NCBI GenBank assembly: GCA_039545335.1
Contig: BCIN01000001.1
Location: forward strand, 1,348,604 to 1,412,603
Length of the DNA stretch: 64,000 bases
Direction: 5' to 3'
Source: Kondoa subrosea
Taxonomy: Eukaryota
Every line of letters starts with the position of its first letter. The stretch's first letter is position 1. The notes beneath the pieces are model-generated. The model ran no database searches. It had not been told where the DNA came from and worked only from the letters and a program-made list of their open reading frames with translations. The translations under genes were made by a program, and so were the position numbers. Shown here piece by piece: positions 13,420 to 27,868 of the stretch.

Positions 13420-14463
13420 TTAAAGCTCGAAGCTCTTCTCGAACAGTGCAATGATCGCTGGTGGGTCACCGTCCATGCCTTGTATCGGTTGAAAGGTGAG
13501 AAGCTTGAACCCAAGTTTATCGCGATAGAACGCGATCTAAATGGTATCATCAGAGCATAAATAGTGTAGGTGAACGTTCACTCACATTGCTCTCATTACC
13601 TGCCTCCAGAAATATACATGAATGGTCTTCTTTCGCCTATAGTAGGGGATCAGCCCGGATCAAACTTGAGCATATAGCAACAAAAGCTTACTCGCTTCTC
13701 GACATAATTCATGAGAGACCTTCCCAGACCTTTCCCTTGATGTTCACGCGCAACGATTACATGCGAAATGTGGTAACTATCTTGTTTCCTCTGCTCCGAG
13801 TAATATTTAGCCTGCAGTGCGTAGAAATCAGGAAACAGCTATAAAACCAAGATCCTCCGCGTCAGCACGGAGAAGATGATCAACAGACGAAGAAAGGACG
13901 CAACTATTTCTTCGACATATCGATTTCGTTCTGGATCTTGTTCTGCTATTGCTCTTTGTTCTCGATAATATTTGCCTTTGGAGTCTGGATGAGACATAGA
14001 AATTGAACCAGGTGGGAAGAGTAGAAGAATCGCTTGATCTTCATTGATTGTGAATACTTGACCATTCAGTGATGCGTTGTATATCGCTAGCCGCGAAGCA
14101 GCTTCCCAATTCTCTTCAAGGCATACTTTAGGCTCCTCTGTATATACGCTGAATGAGAACGAACCTTTCTTCGCTTCGTACTGCGCCAGACATCAATGCG
14201 AGTGCAAAGTACAGCAGAGTCCTGACGTACTGATCCACCATGCCGCAGAACAGTCGCACTCTCTGAGCGAAAACTGTAAGCAAGAAGTGCCCAGACAGGT
14301 AGTCTGCTCACCGTTGGCTAATGAATGGCTCATCATCTTCGCCAAACGATGTATATATTCATCTGCATCGCATTGAATGAGACGTCTGCGTTAAGATCAT
14401 GAAAACGAGGAATGAACCTGATAAGCTACGTGGGGCGTGCAGCTCGAGATGGTATTGATTCAT
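13420..14463 (-). CDS. GNAT-family N-acetyltransferase, multi-exon; not represented in the ORF track
   Basis: Spliced exons give ...YHISHVIVAREHQGKGLGRSLMNYVEKR|AKEDHSCIFLEAGNESN|IAFYRDKLGFKLL...FEL*; QGKGLG acetyl-CoA motif A and N..FY..LGF motif B. The 5' exons and start are tentative. Confidence 0.85.
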
Positions 14464-14781
14464 GATTCGTACTGATGAGCAAGAAAAGACTGAATGCAGC
14501 AGGCAGGCCTGAAAGAATGAGCATACGACAGCGAAACAGACCAGATACTGACGATATTGAAACTTGAAGAAGGAGTCAGAGCAGAAGAGGAATAGCTATA
14601 GAGACACTTGTACAAGTACTCAAGACAATCAACTCGAATCTGAAGAAGAGACGCGATTCAAAGTGAGAAGAGATGAGTAGCTTGAATGAACAACTCCTAG
14701 GCACTAACAGAGACCGGAGTGGCTATATGGAAGAAAAGCTTCGAGTAATTTCGACTCGCTCAAGCTTGCCCAGCATCAGTC

Positions 14782-17255
14782 ATGCGAAGCTCAATCCTTC
14801 TCTTAGCCCTTGCGGCAATCACTGCTCAAGCTCACGAAGCACACTCTGAGCCAGCTGCGGCGGCCTCTGCACCTCTTGAGCGACCAGTTTACAAGCCTTA
14901 TGAACATTCTTCGCGCAACTTCATTGAACAGTTTAACTCTGGCTTTGGCAAGTTTACACCTTCAGAAGCTACAAAACAAGCTACAGTAGGAGGTGGTGAG
15001 ACTATGAGCTATGGTCAGTTGAAGCTTTCCCTTTGACGAAGGTACACGTGTAAATGTTGACTATCTCGCTGCTTTGCGCTTGTAGTCGGTAAATGGCAAG
15101 TACAAGAATCTAAAGTCTTCCCTGGCTTGAAAGGCGACGAAGCTCTGGTAGCAACTTCGAAAGCTGCTCATCATGCAATCTCTGCTGAATTGGATAATGT
15201 CATTGATCCTGCAAAGGAAGATCTGGTCGTGCAGTATGAGGTGAAGCTGCAGAATGGTCTTGAATGCGGTGGTGTGCGTAGCGATAGACGAGTAAGCGTC
15301 TGGCATGCTTATTGCTTTGTGAACGCACAGGCCTATATCAAAGTTCTCACCGAATCCGATCAAGGCATTCAAGCTGAAGAGTTCTCGGATGCGTCACCAT
15401 ACAGTGTCATGTTCGGTCCAGACAAGGCAGGCTGTTAGCAAAATGATTTGGCATATAGCTAATACATTCTATGATGCGCTTGCAGTGCGGTTCTACCAAC
15501 AAAGTTCACCTCATCATTCGTCACAAGAACCCAAAGACCGGTGAAGTGGAAGAGAAGCACTTGAAAGCCGCTCCTTCTCCTCGCATTAGCAAAACCACCA
15601 ACCTGTACACTTTACACCTCAATCAAGCCGATCAATCATACGAAATCTTCATCAACAACGTTTCTTCCAAGAAAGGTTCTCTTTTAGCTGAAGATTTCAC
15701 ACCTGCTTTCACACCGGAAAAAGAAATTGATGATGCTGAAGATTTGAAACCTGAAGATTGGGTTGATCAAGCTAAAATTACTGACCCGGATGCTACTAGA
15801 CCAGTACGCTGAGATGTCTCCTGCTAGCTATTGAGCTTGTCTGAGTATTTCGGGGTTTAGGATGATTGGGATGAAGACGCGCCTTTGGAAATTCCAGATG
15901 AAGATGCTGAAATGCCAGCTGGTGCGTGTTCGGAGCTGCGAATCAGTACCATGCGCTGATTTTTGGTTCTGTACACATAGGCTGGTTAGAAGATGAACCC
16001 GCTACGATTCCTGATCCAGATGCTGAAAAGCCTGAAGAGTGGGATGACGAAGAAGATGGTGATTGGGTCGCTCCTAGCATTCCGTGCGTTCAATTCGGAT
16101 CTGGTCAGCTTGTGCTGATAATAAGCGATGTTCTTTTCACAGTAACCCCAAATGCGAGGATGCACCTGGATGTGGACCTTGGGTCAGGGTGAGTATCTCT
16201 CGATGTAAGATAAGACTCGTCTTATTATCTCTGGGGTGGTCTTACAGCCTATGAAGTCCAATCCTGCTTACAAAGGCAAATGGTACGCGCCTTTGATCGA
16301 TAATCCTCTTTACAAGGGTATCTGGAAGTAAGCGTAGCTCGTTGACATGTCGCTCTAGACATAGCTTAGTCGATATGTTTACAGGGCACGCAAGATCATG
16401 AACCCTGCTTACTTCGAAGACAAGACTCCTTTGGCTAACATTGGCAAAATTGTATGTGTAGTGCCTATACCTTGCTCTCGTCGAGCTAAGGAGAATCAAT
16501 ATCACTTAGGCCGCTGTTGGTTTCGAAATCTGGTCTATGCAAAGTGACATCACTTTCGGTGCGTAAGAAAGTACAGCCTTGCATGAGTAATGCTTAATCC
16601 TGTCCTGTTGATTCTGCACAGACAACGTATGTACTTGTGACCTCTTACTTTTTCACGAACACTCACCAATAAGCGTAGATCTACATTGGCAATTCCCTTT
16701 CAGAAGCTCAAGATTTCGCCAAAGCTACTTTCGAACTCAAGAAGCCGATTGAGGATGCTGCTGACGCAGCAGCCAAACCAGCAGATCCACACAACCACAA
16801 AGATCCTTCCAGACTTGGCTTCGATTTCGATGCTTTGAAGGCTGATCCCGTTGTCTACTTGCGAACGAAAGCTATCGATTTCTTTGATGATCTCAAGCAA
16901 GACCCTGTCGGAACACTCAAAGGACAGCCTGTAACTACTGCTGTTCTTGGCGGCATTACAACTGCTCTAATTGGTCTGATTGGTGCTTGTGGGTCACGTT
17001 TGCTTGCTTTCAGCTTTCGCTGATGCATCGAGCTTTCATTTCACAGTCGTCACTCTATTCTCGCCTAAACCCAAGGTGGTCAAGAAGAAAGCTTCTGAAG
17101 CTACTCAATCCGTGAAAGGCAAAGGCAAAGAAATTGCTGACAAGGCGAAATCGGCTACAACATCAACTGTTGAACCTGTTGATGCAAGCACAACTAAGAA
17201 GAGAGTCACTGTTGTTCAGACAGAAGAGACGATTAAACCTGCTCCTGCTATCTGA
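14782..17255 (+). CDS. CNE1: Calnexin (ER lectin chaperone), multi-exon
   Basis: Signal peptide, [46 protein letters not shown]-domain repeats, C-terminal TM and Lys-rich tail. Confidence 0.96.
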
Positions 17256-17387
17256 GCTAGACTACAAAAGAATGAATGAATGGGCAAAAGCGAGTAGAAG
17301 AAAGCATAGATCGTTGTGTACTTTTCACGCTTGAGATCCTATAAAACAATGCATACGATTCGAATTGCCCCTTTTGATCTATTTCCT

Positions 17388-20300
17388 TCATTGTTTCGTT
17401 ACATGCCGTGAGGCAGACTTTGGTGGAAACGAGCAGTGTTTATCCTGAATGAATTTGGTTGCCCAGCTGCCGCTTTCTGATGTGTGAATGGTATAAGTAT
17501 GCTCGTATATATCGCTGGGAAATTCTTGATCAGAGCTGTTCTTGGACGCGGTTGACAAATGCAACGTACGTGATTGTCTTCTCCTCTAGAACTTCTTGAT
17601 ATCGATCTGCTGAGGATTTGACATAGGTGAACGAGAAGGGAGGAGTGCCTGTTACTATATGAGTATAATGACTAAGGAAGTACGAATTAACATACCTTCG
17701 AAGTGGAATGTTATCGAGGCTGTATCTCCTTCTCGGATGTTATCCAGAGAATTGCCGCCTGAGCTGACTTTGACTCTTGGCTAGGCTAAGCCTTAGCAGA
17801 TGTAACATTGATGCAAAATATAAAACATACAAGAGGATGAATCACTTTGACGATATCGCTGACTTTAGTCTGGCATTGATCGTGTTGATGTGCAATCTTA
17901 GTGATGGCAAAGATACCTTCTTTCTCTGCCAGACGAGAGAAGGTGTTCTTGCGACTTGTGACTTCCTTCTCGTGACCTTGCCAGAGATATGAAATGGTAA
18001 AGGGCGATATACCCTGCAAGAGGAAGTCGAGCGAATCGCCAACACAGTGATCTGTCTGAGGTGAAAGGGCCTTGATAGTCGCAACATCGGCAACATCGAC
18101 CATGGCAGATGGCGCTCGCACAAGCTGCTTCTGATCTTCATCCCACTGCGCAGACCCAGTCTGGGCAGTCTTGTCTACTATTGTCTCGCATCCATTGGCA
18201 TCGCGAACGCTCCAAAGCGTAACTTCATGCTTCCCAGCTTTCTGGAAAGCGAACGGAATGACCACAGACCAATCATGGGTTTCTATGTTGTGTACAGGAA
18301 AGCGAGTTGGCTTCTGCGAAGAGCCGACCGGTTTGACTTCTAGTTCCATGCTGAAAGGTGCTTTTCCAGTAAGATGTAGCTGGAGACCAGTTGAGGTGGA
18401 CGACCTTCCCATTTCATCGTTTACACAATAGCGGGGCGATCTGCTGTCTGGTCGGAAAACTGCCGAAGGAAGAGCCATAACTTCTTGCTCAAAGCGAATC
18501 TTCTTTACGTGTTGTGCAGCCCCGTGGTCGAGCAGTTTGCCTTCAGCACCGTTCTCGTAAATTGAATCTGATACACTTTCGATCTCGTAAACATGAGTAC
18601 CGGCTTCGGCAGTCGCGAGGGCCAGATTGGCGTGAGCTTGTACAGCGAATAAGGATTTTGCCTTCTTCTCGGACGGTGAAGTATGCGTGTAGCCAACACG
18701 GAAAGGCGCGACACCTTTCCGGAATGATCAGAGATAGGAATACGCAAACACGAGTCACTGACCTGCGAGATTCAAGTCGACACTGTCCATCGCGTTCAAG
18801 CAAACAGGATGACGCTTGGCTCCTTGACCTTGACCAATATGTAGCCATTTACTCGCTTTCGATCGACTATCTTCGGGATGTACAGTCAAAGTTGGTCGAG
18901 GCAAGAACTTGACCGTATATTCAGCTTCCTTCTGCTTGACTTCGCCAGGACAGTATTTGTCTTTCACTTGTAAAAGTTGATAGACACCTTCCTCGTTGAC
19001 CAAAATTTCTCCATTAGCCGAGCTGACTTGTACTGTTTGCTTTCGGGGTACTTTGCCAGCTTCGGGATGTAATTGATAGGTCACAGACCATGGCTGCAAT
19101 AAAAGTCTCAGACAGAGACGATCGCAAAGTAAGTAGACTTACACCTTCTCCAGTTAGACGCAATGGTAAGCGAGTATCTTGACCATCTCGTATCTGAATC
19201 GACCTTTCTCCTTTAGGTCCAGACCCATAGAAGCGAGCAACCGGCTTTGTGCCATGAACGTGAGCTACCAAGTCATCAGTCTTCATTGGACGCTTGCAAC
19301 CTCGTCCGTCCTGTATGTTGACTATTTGCCTCTAAGATCATCATGATCAAGGTAATCTAATAGAATCTCACCTATAGATACCGAGAAAGAGCCTCCACTC
19401 TTGTTAACCTTCGGCGGAATAGCAATTTTGAGAGAGTGAGGGCTTTTCTGAACATCTTTCTGTACAAATTTGCTACGATTTGCACCTGATTGCGTTTCAT
19501 ACTCGATCGTCCACGGTGCAGTCCCCTACAACAAATATACATCAGACATGTTTGCTCACTACGGATGAGCTGTTGCTCACCTTGAGGTCAATCTGAGCAT
19601 CTATAGTCTCTCCTTCACAGGTTCTGATCTCATTAGCACCTTGTTTGACCCATCGAGCGCTGGCCAAAGGATGTACTTCAGTAGTATAGGTCAACTTCTG
19701 CTTCTCAAGAGAAACTGCTCTGCTGCCGGTATAGACCGCATCTTCCAGCCGAACGGCTTCCCAAACAAATTCACCAAGCTGATCAGGTTGGAAGACGATC
19801 TCATCGTGCGAGTTGCTGATGACTTTAACATGATCAGTCGTGTGTTTGCCATGACCTGATTTAGCTGTAACTCGGTAGTGAAGCTTGAACGGTGGTTCGC
19901 CAGAAAGTACAATCTGGCCTTTGAGTCCGATGGAACCAGCACATTCGTCAGTGATTGGTAAGAATGTCATATCGACCGAAGGTTCAGGTTGATAGACAAC
20001 CGAGACCTGATTGAACTTCAGCAACTCTTCCATCTCTCGCAGGAGAGATGCTCACTGTAGTAGGTGCGAGGACTTCTCCGGCGCAGTACTTTCCCTTGAG
20101 GTAAACCAGCTCATAATCTCCTTCTTTCTCCACGGGGTAGCTAACGCTCAACAAATCCTTGTTCCCATCTTTCGTAGTGCTTTTGACATCAATCTCTTTC
20201 ATTTCCTCTGAACCAGGTAGTTTCAATCCAACTTTCCAAGGTCCAGCTTCATTGCTTGATCCTTCTTCACCAGTTTGAATTCTCATTTCTATTTTGCCTT

Positions 20301-21621
20301 TAGCTTTAGTCATGAGTTTGATAGCTTTCTTGTTCTTGAATGATATTTTAGCAGAAGGATGAACAATTACAGACGTTTCTTCATTTTGGTCTGCAGTGAA
20401 AGAATGACCGTTCGCATCAGTAATGGAGATGAGTTTGATGGATTGGGTACCGGGTTGTGAAAGAGGTAAAGAACGAGGGAAGTTCATCTGCAAAGATTGA
20501 CCGCGTGAGAGTTTCTGAGATCCGCCCGTTAGTCCGTCCACTTTGATAGGTTCCGTAATCGGTTTAGTGTTCCTGGCTGATGGAGTGAAGGTGCGTTGAT
20601 ATTCGAGAGAAAGCGGTGGCACGCCTGTGACTTCAATAGAGATATCTTGACTTTCACCAATACATTTATGCGGGGTAGTAGAAGTTTTCGTAAGATGGAA
20701 AGTAGGACAAGCCGTGATCAGAACATCATCTTTGCGAGAGAAAGATATTTCGCCAGATACAGGTGGAGGTGAGAGAATTTTCTCCAGCTTAATTATCCCA
20801 ATCTGATCAACATGCAATATATGTGAAGGTGCTTTAGGTGTATCATCTTCTATCCTCTTTTGTAGAGGTGATTTGACTACAAAAGGCATAGACCAATCAT
20901 CTTCATAATCTTCTTGTGACGAATGCTTCGCTTTCTGAACTATCGAATTAGGTAGGCGAAGTTGTGATTCTGTTGCTTCGTAGTACGACTTTTCGCCTGT
21001 CTCGAGGGATGTGACAGAGTAGGTAAGGAGATGAGGTGTTGTGTTATTGAAATAGAGGGGAATAGAAATAGATTGCTTCGCTTTTCGGTCGATAGGTAAG
21101 CAGTAATTTTGACCTAGAGGGTTGATCTTTGCTGTTGCGTGAGGCAAGATGTGGACAGTATGCCTTCCCAACATATGCTCGTGGTAGTCCAGGATAGCTT
21201 TAGGCCTAACTCGATGTTCGTTGACTGCCATTTTGTAATCTGGCAAGAACGCTGTGCCCAACAGCGACGGGAAGCCAGTGATCAAAGTGATGAACGTTGA
21301 GGAGAACAGGATGTAGTTGAGTAGCAGCAGAGGCAGGCACATCACGATTCGACTTGTCGCTGGAAAGTCAAGCCTAGGTATACGAAGCTGTGGTATAAAC
21401 CAGCCAACGACAAATGCGTCCAGTAGACACCATTTCACGAGCAGCCACCAGCCAGGCGCTGTAGTATCCTCCTCAAGCACGCATGATTCCAAGAATTGAT
21501 AGATTTTGTATGCTTGCAACGCAGCCAGGCCAGAAGTGCACCAAAGTCGCTGAGTCGAGAAGTCTACCAGTTCCGGAGGCAGTAGAGGCTGAGGCGGAGG
21601 CTCGCTTTGCTGTTGAGCCAT
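17388..21621 (-). CDS. POM152: Nuclear pore membrane nucleoporin Pom152, multi-exon
   Basis: N-terminal QRL...LQAYK, LRIPRLDF, TM, LGRHTVHILP.ATAKINP, then repeated Ig-like modules (G.PP..L.Y, L..V.D..C); ends ...IQDKHCSFPPK...Q*. Confidence 0.93.
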
Positions 21622-22971
21622 TGCCTACTTCAATGGTTTTGGATAAAGCAAGGTTGCACCTGGTCGGCCTAGGCGATCCACTACATAGTTGTGGCTGCTC
21701 TGCTTGAACACGACTGTAACACTCAGAGCCCCTTGCGCGACTTACGCTTGCATACTTCCCTCTCATCTTGAGCTTTTGGATGGTCACTATCGCTCATTGC
21801 TGCCCATCGTGCTCTCTCGTTGACAGTTATACTGCAGTACTATGTACATGTGGATTTCGATCTACAGCTTTGCCCTCCCCTTGTTTCGATAGCTCAACCT
21901 TGCGGGCTGGTTCTACTCGTTTCGCTCTGGTTGTCCTATGACTAAGTTTCTATTGTGTCACTTCTTCAAAATCACGCAGGAGCTGCTGAGAGATCGTATG
22001 GTTGATCTTGGCCTCGCGGTATCCGATTTCTTGGTTGCCAAACGCTTGCTGCGTAAGTCGATTTTCGGGTAGCAATGTACCAGTCTAATTGGAACTTCAT
22101 TTACAGGTTTGTAACAATGTCTTTGAAATGATGTGCGCGACAGCCGACACTTCCGCAAGTTCGCTGGTCTAATTGTCTTATGCAGTCAATGCTGAGTATG
22201 AATATCGTTGCAGGCGCTTACGAACTTTCGGGATTGCTTGCAGCTTGTGCTTTCGATTTGCGCAAGGACGATGAAGCTGATGGCACAATCAATCGGCTGA
22301 GCTCAAGGAGGTAAGACGCTTCGACTGCGACAATATATATGCTGAAGTCTATGTAGATTGAGAAAACATATGCAGCAGACCGCTCCACTGTTCGTCCAGT
22401 CATGGCTGGGCAAGATCAACATCTGGCTCTTCTTTATGGCTACTAGCTTATACTGAGAAGAATTCACCTCATTACAAGGTTGTCATCAAACATTACAAGC
22501 AAGCTCTATGCGATCACGCGATGAAGATGTCAGCGAACACCTCCGAATCTGCTTTCCTCTCAGGAACAAGATGCAATGGTGAAATCTCTATCTCCTCTTT
22601 GGTGCAGATCTCGGCTGCTCATCTAGCTACGAGAGAACCGAAACAGGTCAAACGCTGGGTGGAAGCTGCAGCAAGTACGCGTGATGTTCTATACGGCGGA
22701 GGAAAGGCACTTTTCTCAGAGCTCATTGAGTGGTGCTGAATCAGCTGGGCTTATTGAGTTTCGTTTAGTAAGCGGCTAAAGTCATAACATCGATCGACCA
22801 AAATAGCATATCGTTCTGAACTTGTGCTCTCGCTCGAACTGCGACTTGACTGGCGTAAAGTCCCTCGAGCGACTTTACCATAGCTCTAGATACCATTGAA
22901 CCAGATACCAAAGCCTTGATACCGCTCTGCTGCCTGCAAGATAATTTTGAATTATTACTCAGCAAGCCAAA

Positions 22972-25223
22972 ATGGACAGCTCACTAGAAAAGCCAGCCAA
23001 GGAGCTTGACTCGAATGTCGAATTTGAAGGAGAAGATGATCCTTACAACCCTTTGCATTTCTCGAAAGCGAAAAAGTGGATCATTGTCGTTAGTCGCCTT
23101 TGACATTATCTCGCTAGCTATGCTGAGTAGCAGAGCAGCTAGTTATTGCGAACGGTTCCTTCTGTACGAGTATGTCAAGTGTCTCTTCAGCAGCAACTCC
23201 GTTCGCTCATGTCTATGCTTCTTTCCTGTCATAGCCTGTTGTTCATCGCTTGTCACTGTATGCGCGTTCTCATACAATCCAGAATACCATCTAAGATGTT
23301 GACAGGTCACATACGCAGCCATAGAAGAGCGTTTCAATGCCTCTAGGCTTGTCTGCACTCTTGGTCTTAGTCTCTTTGTCGCGGGTTTAGGACTTGGTCC
23401 ACTCTTCCTAGCGCCTTTGAGCGAATTTTATGGGAGGAGTGAGTGATCATTTACCTGCAAGGACTTGTACTGATGCTCGACAAGGATGGATCTACTTAAC
23501 CAGCTTTCTCTTCTTCGTAATTTGGAATGTACAAACAGCAGTAGCACAGAACATCGAAACACTTTTGGTAGCTCGTTTCCTTGCCGGGGTATCAGGAGCG
23601 GCCTTTCTTTCAGTCTCTGGAGGTGAGGTGAAACTACAACGCAGCTTAGATAACCACTGATGTTCCAGCAGGCACTGTCTCTGATATCTTCAAGCCAACA
23701 GATGTCGGAAATCCGATGGCTGTATTCTCTCTTTCTCCTTTCTTAGGTGAGTCGATACATCTTAGTATATTCGCGAGCTGAAATCGAGCAGGTCCTGTTG
23801 TAGGTCTTGATCGACGGTCTGGTTCAATAAGCTCAACTAGGTTTAGTTTGGTCCCATTGTTGGCGACCTGATGATAGGGCAAGGCGTCAATTGGCGCTGG
23901 ATCTGGTATCTTCAGTCAGTGCTTCATTTTTGACATCTGACTTTAATCTGACCATCATAATAGAATTATCTGGGCTACAGCAGTTTTAGCTGCCATTTAC
24001 TTCTTCGTTCCGTCAGTCAACAGAAGTCATCATTGCAAACAGACTAACGCATTCGTAGTGAAACATATGGTCCTCGACTGCTGCAGAAGAAAGCTCAGAT
24101 GCTTAGGCGCCAGACTGGTCAAAATTACTCATCGCCTCTAGATCGAGATACGCGTAGTATATCGAAAGTCGTTCTCGTGTCTTGTTATGTGCCGTTGTGA
24201 GTGAAATCAGACACTGCCGCAAACCTGAGCTAACAATCGTCAGTCAATTGCTGGCTATAGAGCCAATGTGTCTATTTCTATGTACCTGGACTGCTCTGCT
24301 GCTTGTAAGTCCTCACTTGGGACAGCTTACCAGAATCTGAACCCCGTCAAGGGCATTATCTACGCTTTCTTTGGTGCTTTCCCCATCATTTTCCGCGAAC
24401 ACAATTTCAGCACCTCTACCATCGGTCTCTCGTTTCTTGGTATAGGTTTAGGCGAAATCCTCGCTGTTGCCACTCAGCCTTGGTGGAACAAACGCTACCA
24501 ACGCTTAGCAAAAGAGCTCGGCAAGAGACCTCCTCCCGAAGCGCATTTGTTGAAAGGCATGGCAGGAGCCATCGTGAGTCAATGAAATACACTATGTGAC
24601 GACCGCTGACCTGAGAGTAGATTGGCCCGTTGAGTTTGATCTGGTTCGCTTTCACTACATCACCATCAGTGCATTGGATCGTGCCTATTCTTGCAACGAT
24701 ACCTTTTGGAGCAGCAACGATCTTCATATTCGTCTCAACCTTTACCTACCTAGCACGTCTTTTGATTCAGCATATGCAATACCTTCAGCTAATACTGTTT
24801 GTCAGGTGGACGCTTTTCGACCTGTTGCTGCTTCTTCTTTGGCAGCTAATTCATTCATGAGGAGTGCTTTCGCAGCTGGATTTCCGTGAGTTTTCTGCAG
24901 TGTGGATCTTCAAAACCCAAGTTTACTATTATTCTGTTTTTAGATTGTTTACTGTCCAGATGTACAGTGCAATGGGAACACGTTGGGCATCTTTCCTGAT
25001 AGCTATGCTCCTAGCTCTTATGGTCAGTCTCTCTACTTCTTCTTCTTCTGTCAAGATCAATCTGAATGTCTCTGGACAGTCACCACTACCTTTCGTTTTA
25101 TATTACAAAGGAGCTCAATTCAGAGGATCTGGATCAAGATTCGCTCAGAAACCTGATGAAGGTGTTTCGTCATCTGGATCTGAATCAGCTGGTGTCAAAT
25201 CGACCGGAACTCCAGATCAATGA
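22972..25223 (+). CDS. MFS drug:H+ antiporter (DHA1-like) transporter, many exons
   Basis: EDDPYNPLHFSKAKKW, LGLSLFVAGLGLGPLFLAPLSEFYGR, ARFLAG, ETYGPRLL, PPPEAHL, AASSLAANSFMRSAFAAGFP. Confidence 0.92.
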
Positions 25224-25392
25224 GACAGCAGTCAATGCAAAGAAGTGTCATTATCGTGATTTTGGTTGTAGTTATTGTACAGTGCATTTTATAGCATTCC
25301 TGCATCATCTTATCATCCCTTTGCGCGCATTCTGAAAAGTTTTTCTAAATTTTGTTCCAAGTTGCAAAACAGCGATATACCCTGAGCTAAGT

Positions 25393-27723
25393 ATGCCCAA
25401 AGCCTCGCGAAGAAGAAAGACTCGAGCAGCACGAGCTGAAGCTGCTTCTGGTCCATCAGCTCAAGCGAGTCCAAGCAATGCGAACAAACAGAATAATGGT
25501 GCAGCAAGAGAGAAAGAAGTTTTGCCTATCATTACTGCCTTGAGCTCTGAGAACCCTTCAGATCGATTGTTCGCTTGTGCTGGATTAGCCAATCTGTTGT
25601 GTGAATGCGATATGCCTACGAGAAGATTACTTGGTTCGCATAAGATTGTGGATCAAATGATTGCTCGATGTAATGTGACTCTGGAAAGTGATGCTAGCGT
25701 GAGAGCGGAGGCGGTTGGTGCATTGAGGAATTTAGCGGTTGAAGGAGGTGCAGAAGTTTGCTCAGAGGTGCGACCGCACTTTGATGATAGTAGCTTGCGT
25801 AAGGCTAAGACAAAGGCCGAGTGCTCAGATGTTCAACAAGGGCATACTACCTGTCTTGATGGCTCATCTACCTATGATTCTCGCTACTTTACCATCAGCA
25901 ACAGATGATACTGATTCTGCAATGAATGGATCAATATTGTCAGAAGAACAGGAAGATGATCAGCACAAGCGGAAGGCTGTACTCTGGGATTGGTCAGAGA
26001 ACCTTATCACGCTGCTATGGTGTATATCGTGAGTCATATATCAGGAAACGGTCGCAAAATTTGAGCGAAGGGTTCATCTACAGCGAAGGTTCGGCAAAAG
26101 CTCTACCTATCCTCTCTCTTTCACGCGAATTGGCTTCTTTCCTCATCACCATTCTTCAAAATTGCATTTCATTTCCATCAGACTCGAAAACTCAAAACGC
26201 ACCTTTAGCTGTACCTCTAGCTGCTCTTCATACCTTGAGTGTCCTCACTGATTCGAATCCATCATTCACAAAGACTATGCTTTCTTCCGACGAACTCCTG
26301 GATCCACTTCTCCATTATTTACGATCGCCAGCTACAAATGGGAAGAAACAGCAACAGCGTCATATGTTACGCGTTTTGGCAGTATCCGTCTTACTCAACT
26401 TATCAACTTCTTCAAAAGCTGAGAATGCAATTTTGAACAAGAAACAGAAACAAATGATTGCTGATGTGAAAGTGGAATTAGATGAGAAAGCTTTATGGGT
26501 CCTTATTCTAGGATTACACCAACCTTCTGAGGAAGGAGCAGAGAAAAGTGAAGTGGTTGAAGAACGGTTGCAAGATTTGCAAGTTACGCTGGAAGTACTT
26601 GGCGAAGTTTGCAATTCTTTAGATGGATTCGTCATGGATGAAGCGGAGGCGGAAGAATGGAATGGGATCAAAGAAGACGACGAAGATGAGGAAATGGATG
26701 AAGATCTTGTCGATCCAACGGAAGATGCAGGAGATGGTGTGTCTATGGACGGAGACGCTGAACCTGAAGAAGATAAAGCAGAGGCTGATGTACCACTGGA
26801 AATCAACTCGAAAACGAAAGAAGCGCTCGTCAAATCTAATCTCGTCCCTACCCTTATGCGTCTTGCAACCCCTTCAAGCTCTTCTTCTGCCGATGCATCG
26901 ATACCTACAAGTCACAACGCTTCCCTTACACCAGTCCAATCTGCCCAATTGCAAGTTTGTCAAAGAGCCCTCGAAGCACTGAACAACCTTCTCTTCACCT
27001 TAGCGCGAGCCAATTCACCTCAACCAGTTTTACAGTCCGAAAGCTTGCAGTCAACCTGGGTAGATCTCTTCAACCTTTTAGTCGCCTTCGCCGCCACACC
27101 AAAACCTACATTGATTGAACCGCTTTTGGGCTGTATTTGGGCTTTAGCGCAAATCTGCTTAAGTGAGAACAAAGAATGGATAGGAGTTGGACAAGGAGAG
27201 ACCCCAAGCTTGTTGAACTTGCTTCAAGGCGAATCGAGCGAGGAAGCGAAAGTCAGATGTGTTGGTGCTTTGGGCGTTATTGGAGCGCGAAAAGGAGTCA
27301 CGATAGCCGAGAACGAGGTGAGTACGTTGCTATACCTTAATAAGGAAGCTCACATTAGGTTGAGCTTATCGGAATGGCTTTACTTTCACCCTTCAAGAAC
27401 TTATCACTCACAGCACCTACGCCTGTCTCTCTTCTTGTACAAGCCCTGGATTCGCTCTTTGACCTCTATGCAGATGAGACAAGAGATTATGATGCGCCTG
27501 TCTTTAAGATTAAGCAATTCTTGCAGACTTTGCAAACCGCAGCAAGCACTTTCAAAGTTCTTGTGAGTGGTTGCAATCGAGATTTGGCTTTGTGCTGATT
27601 CGGTCTTGCGATTGTCCACAGACTAAGAAGATTGATAAGCGAAAGAACCCAGAGTTGAGAGGCAGAGCGGAAGGTGCATGTACGAATTTGGCTGCTTTCA
27701 TCAAGTATAGGCAATCCGTGTAA
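25393..27723 (+). CDS. SYO1: ARM/HEAT-repeat ribosomal protein import adaptor (Syo1/HEATR3-like)
   Basis: Basic N-terminus MPKASRRRK, EAVGALRNLAVEGG, acidic loop, ALEALNNL, ALDSLFDLYADE, C-terminal NLAAFIKYR. Confidence 0.82.
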
Positions 27724-27868
27724 AGAGCATTTTAGTACATTGCATCTAGTAATACCAATCATCTGCACGTACCACAAACCCTTTTTGACTTCCCTCCCAA
27801 TTTCCTAATTTTGTCTCGCAAGAACAAAAGTCGTTTGTTTTTCGCAAACCAATTCTGCCAGCTTACTA

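Noticed and set aside
13480..13540. AFYRDKLGF read as a glyoxalase/VOC motif
   Set aside because: It lies at the C-terminus, downstream of a QGKGLG acetyl-CoA motif, which fits GNAT motif B better.
21938..22200. Possible spliced + strand ORF (gtaagt..ctaat..cag near 22053-22106)
   Set aside because: The joined frames I tried stop within a few codons, and no family is recognisable.
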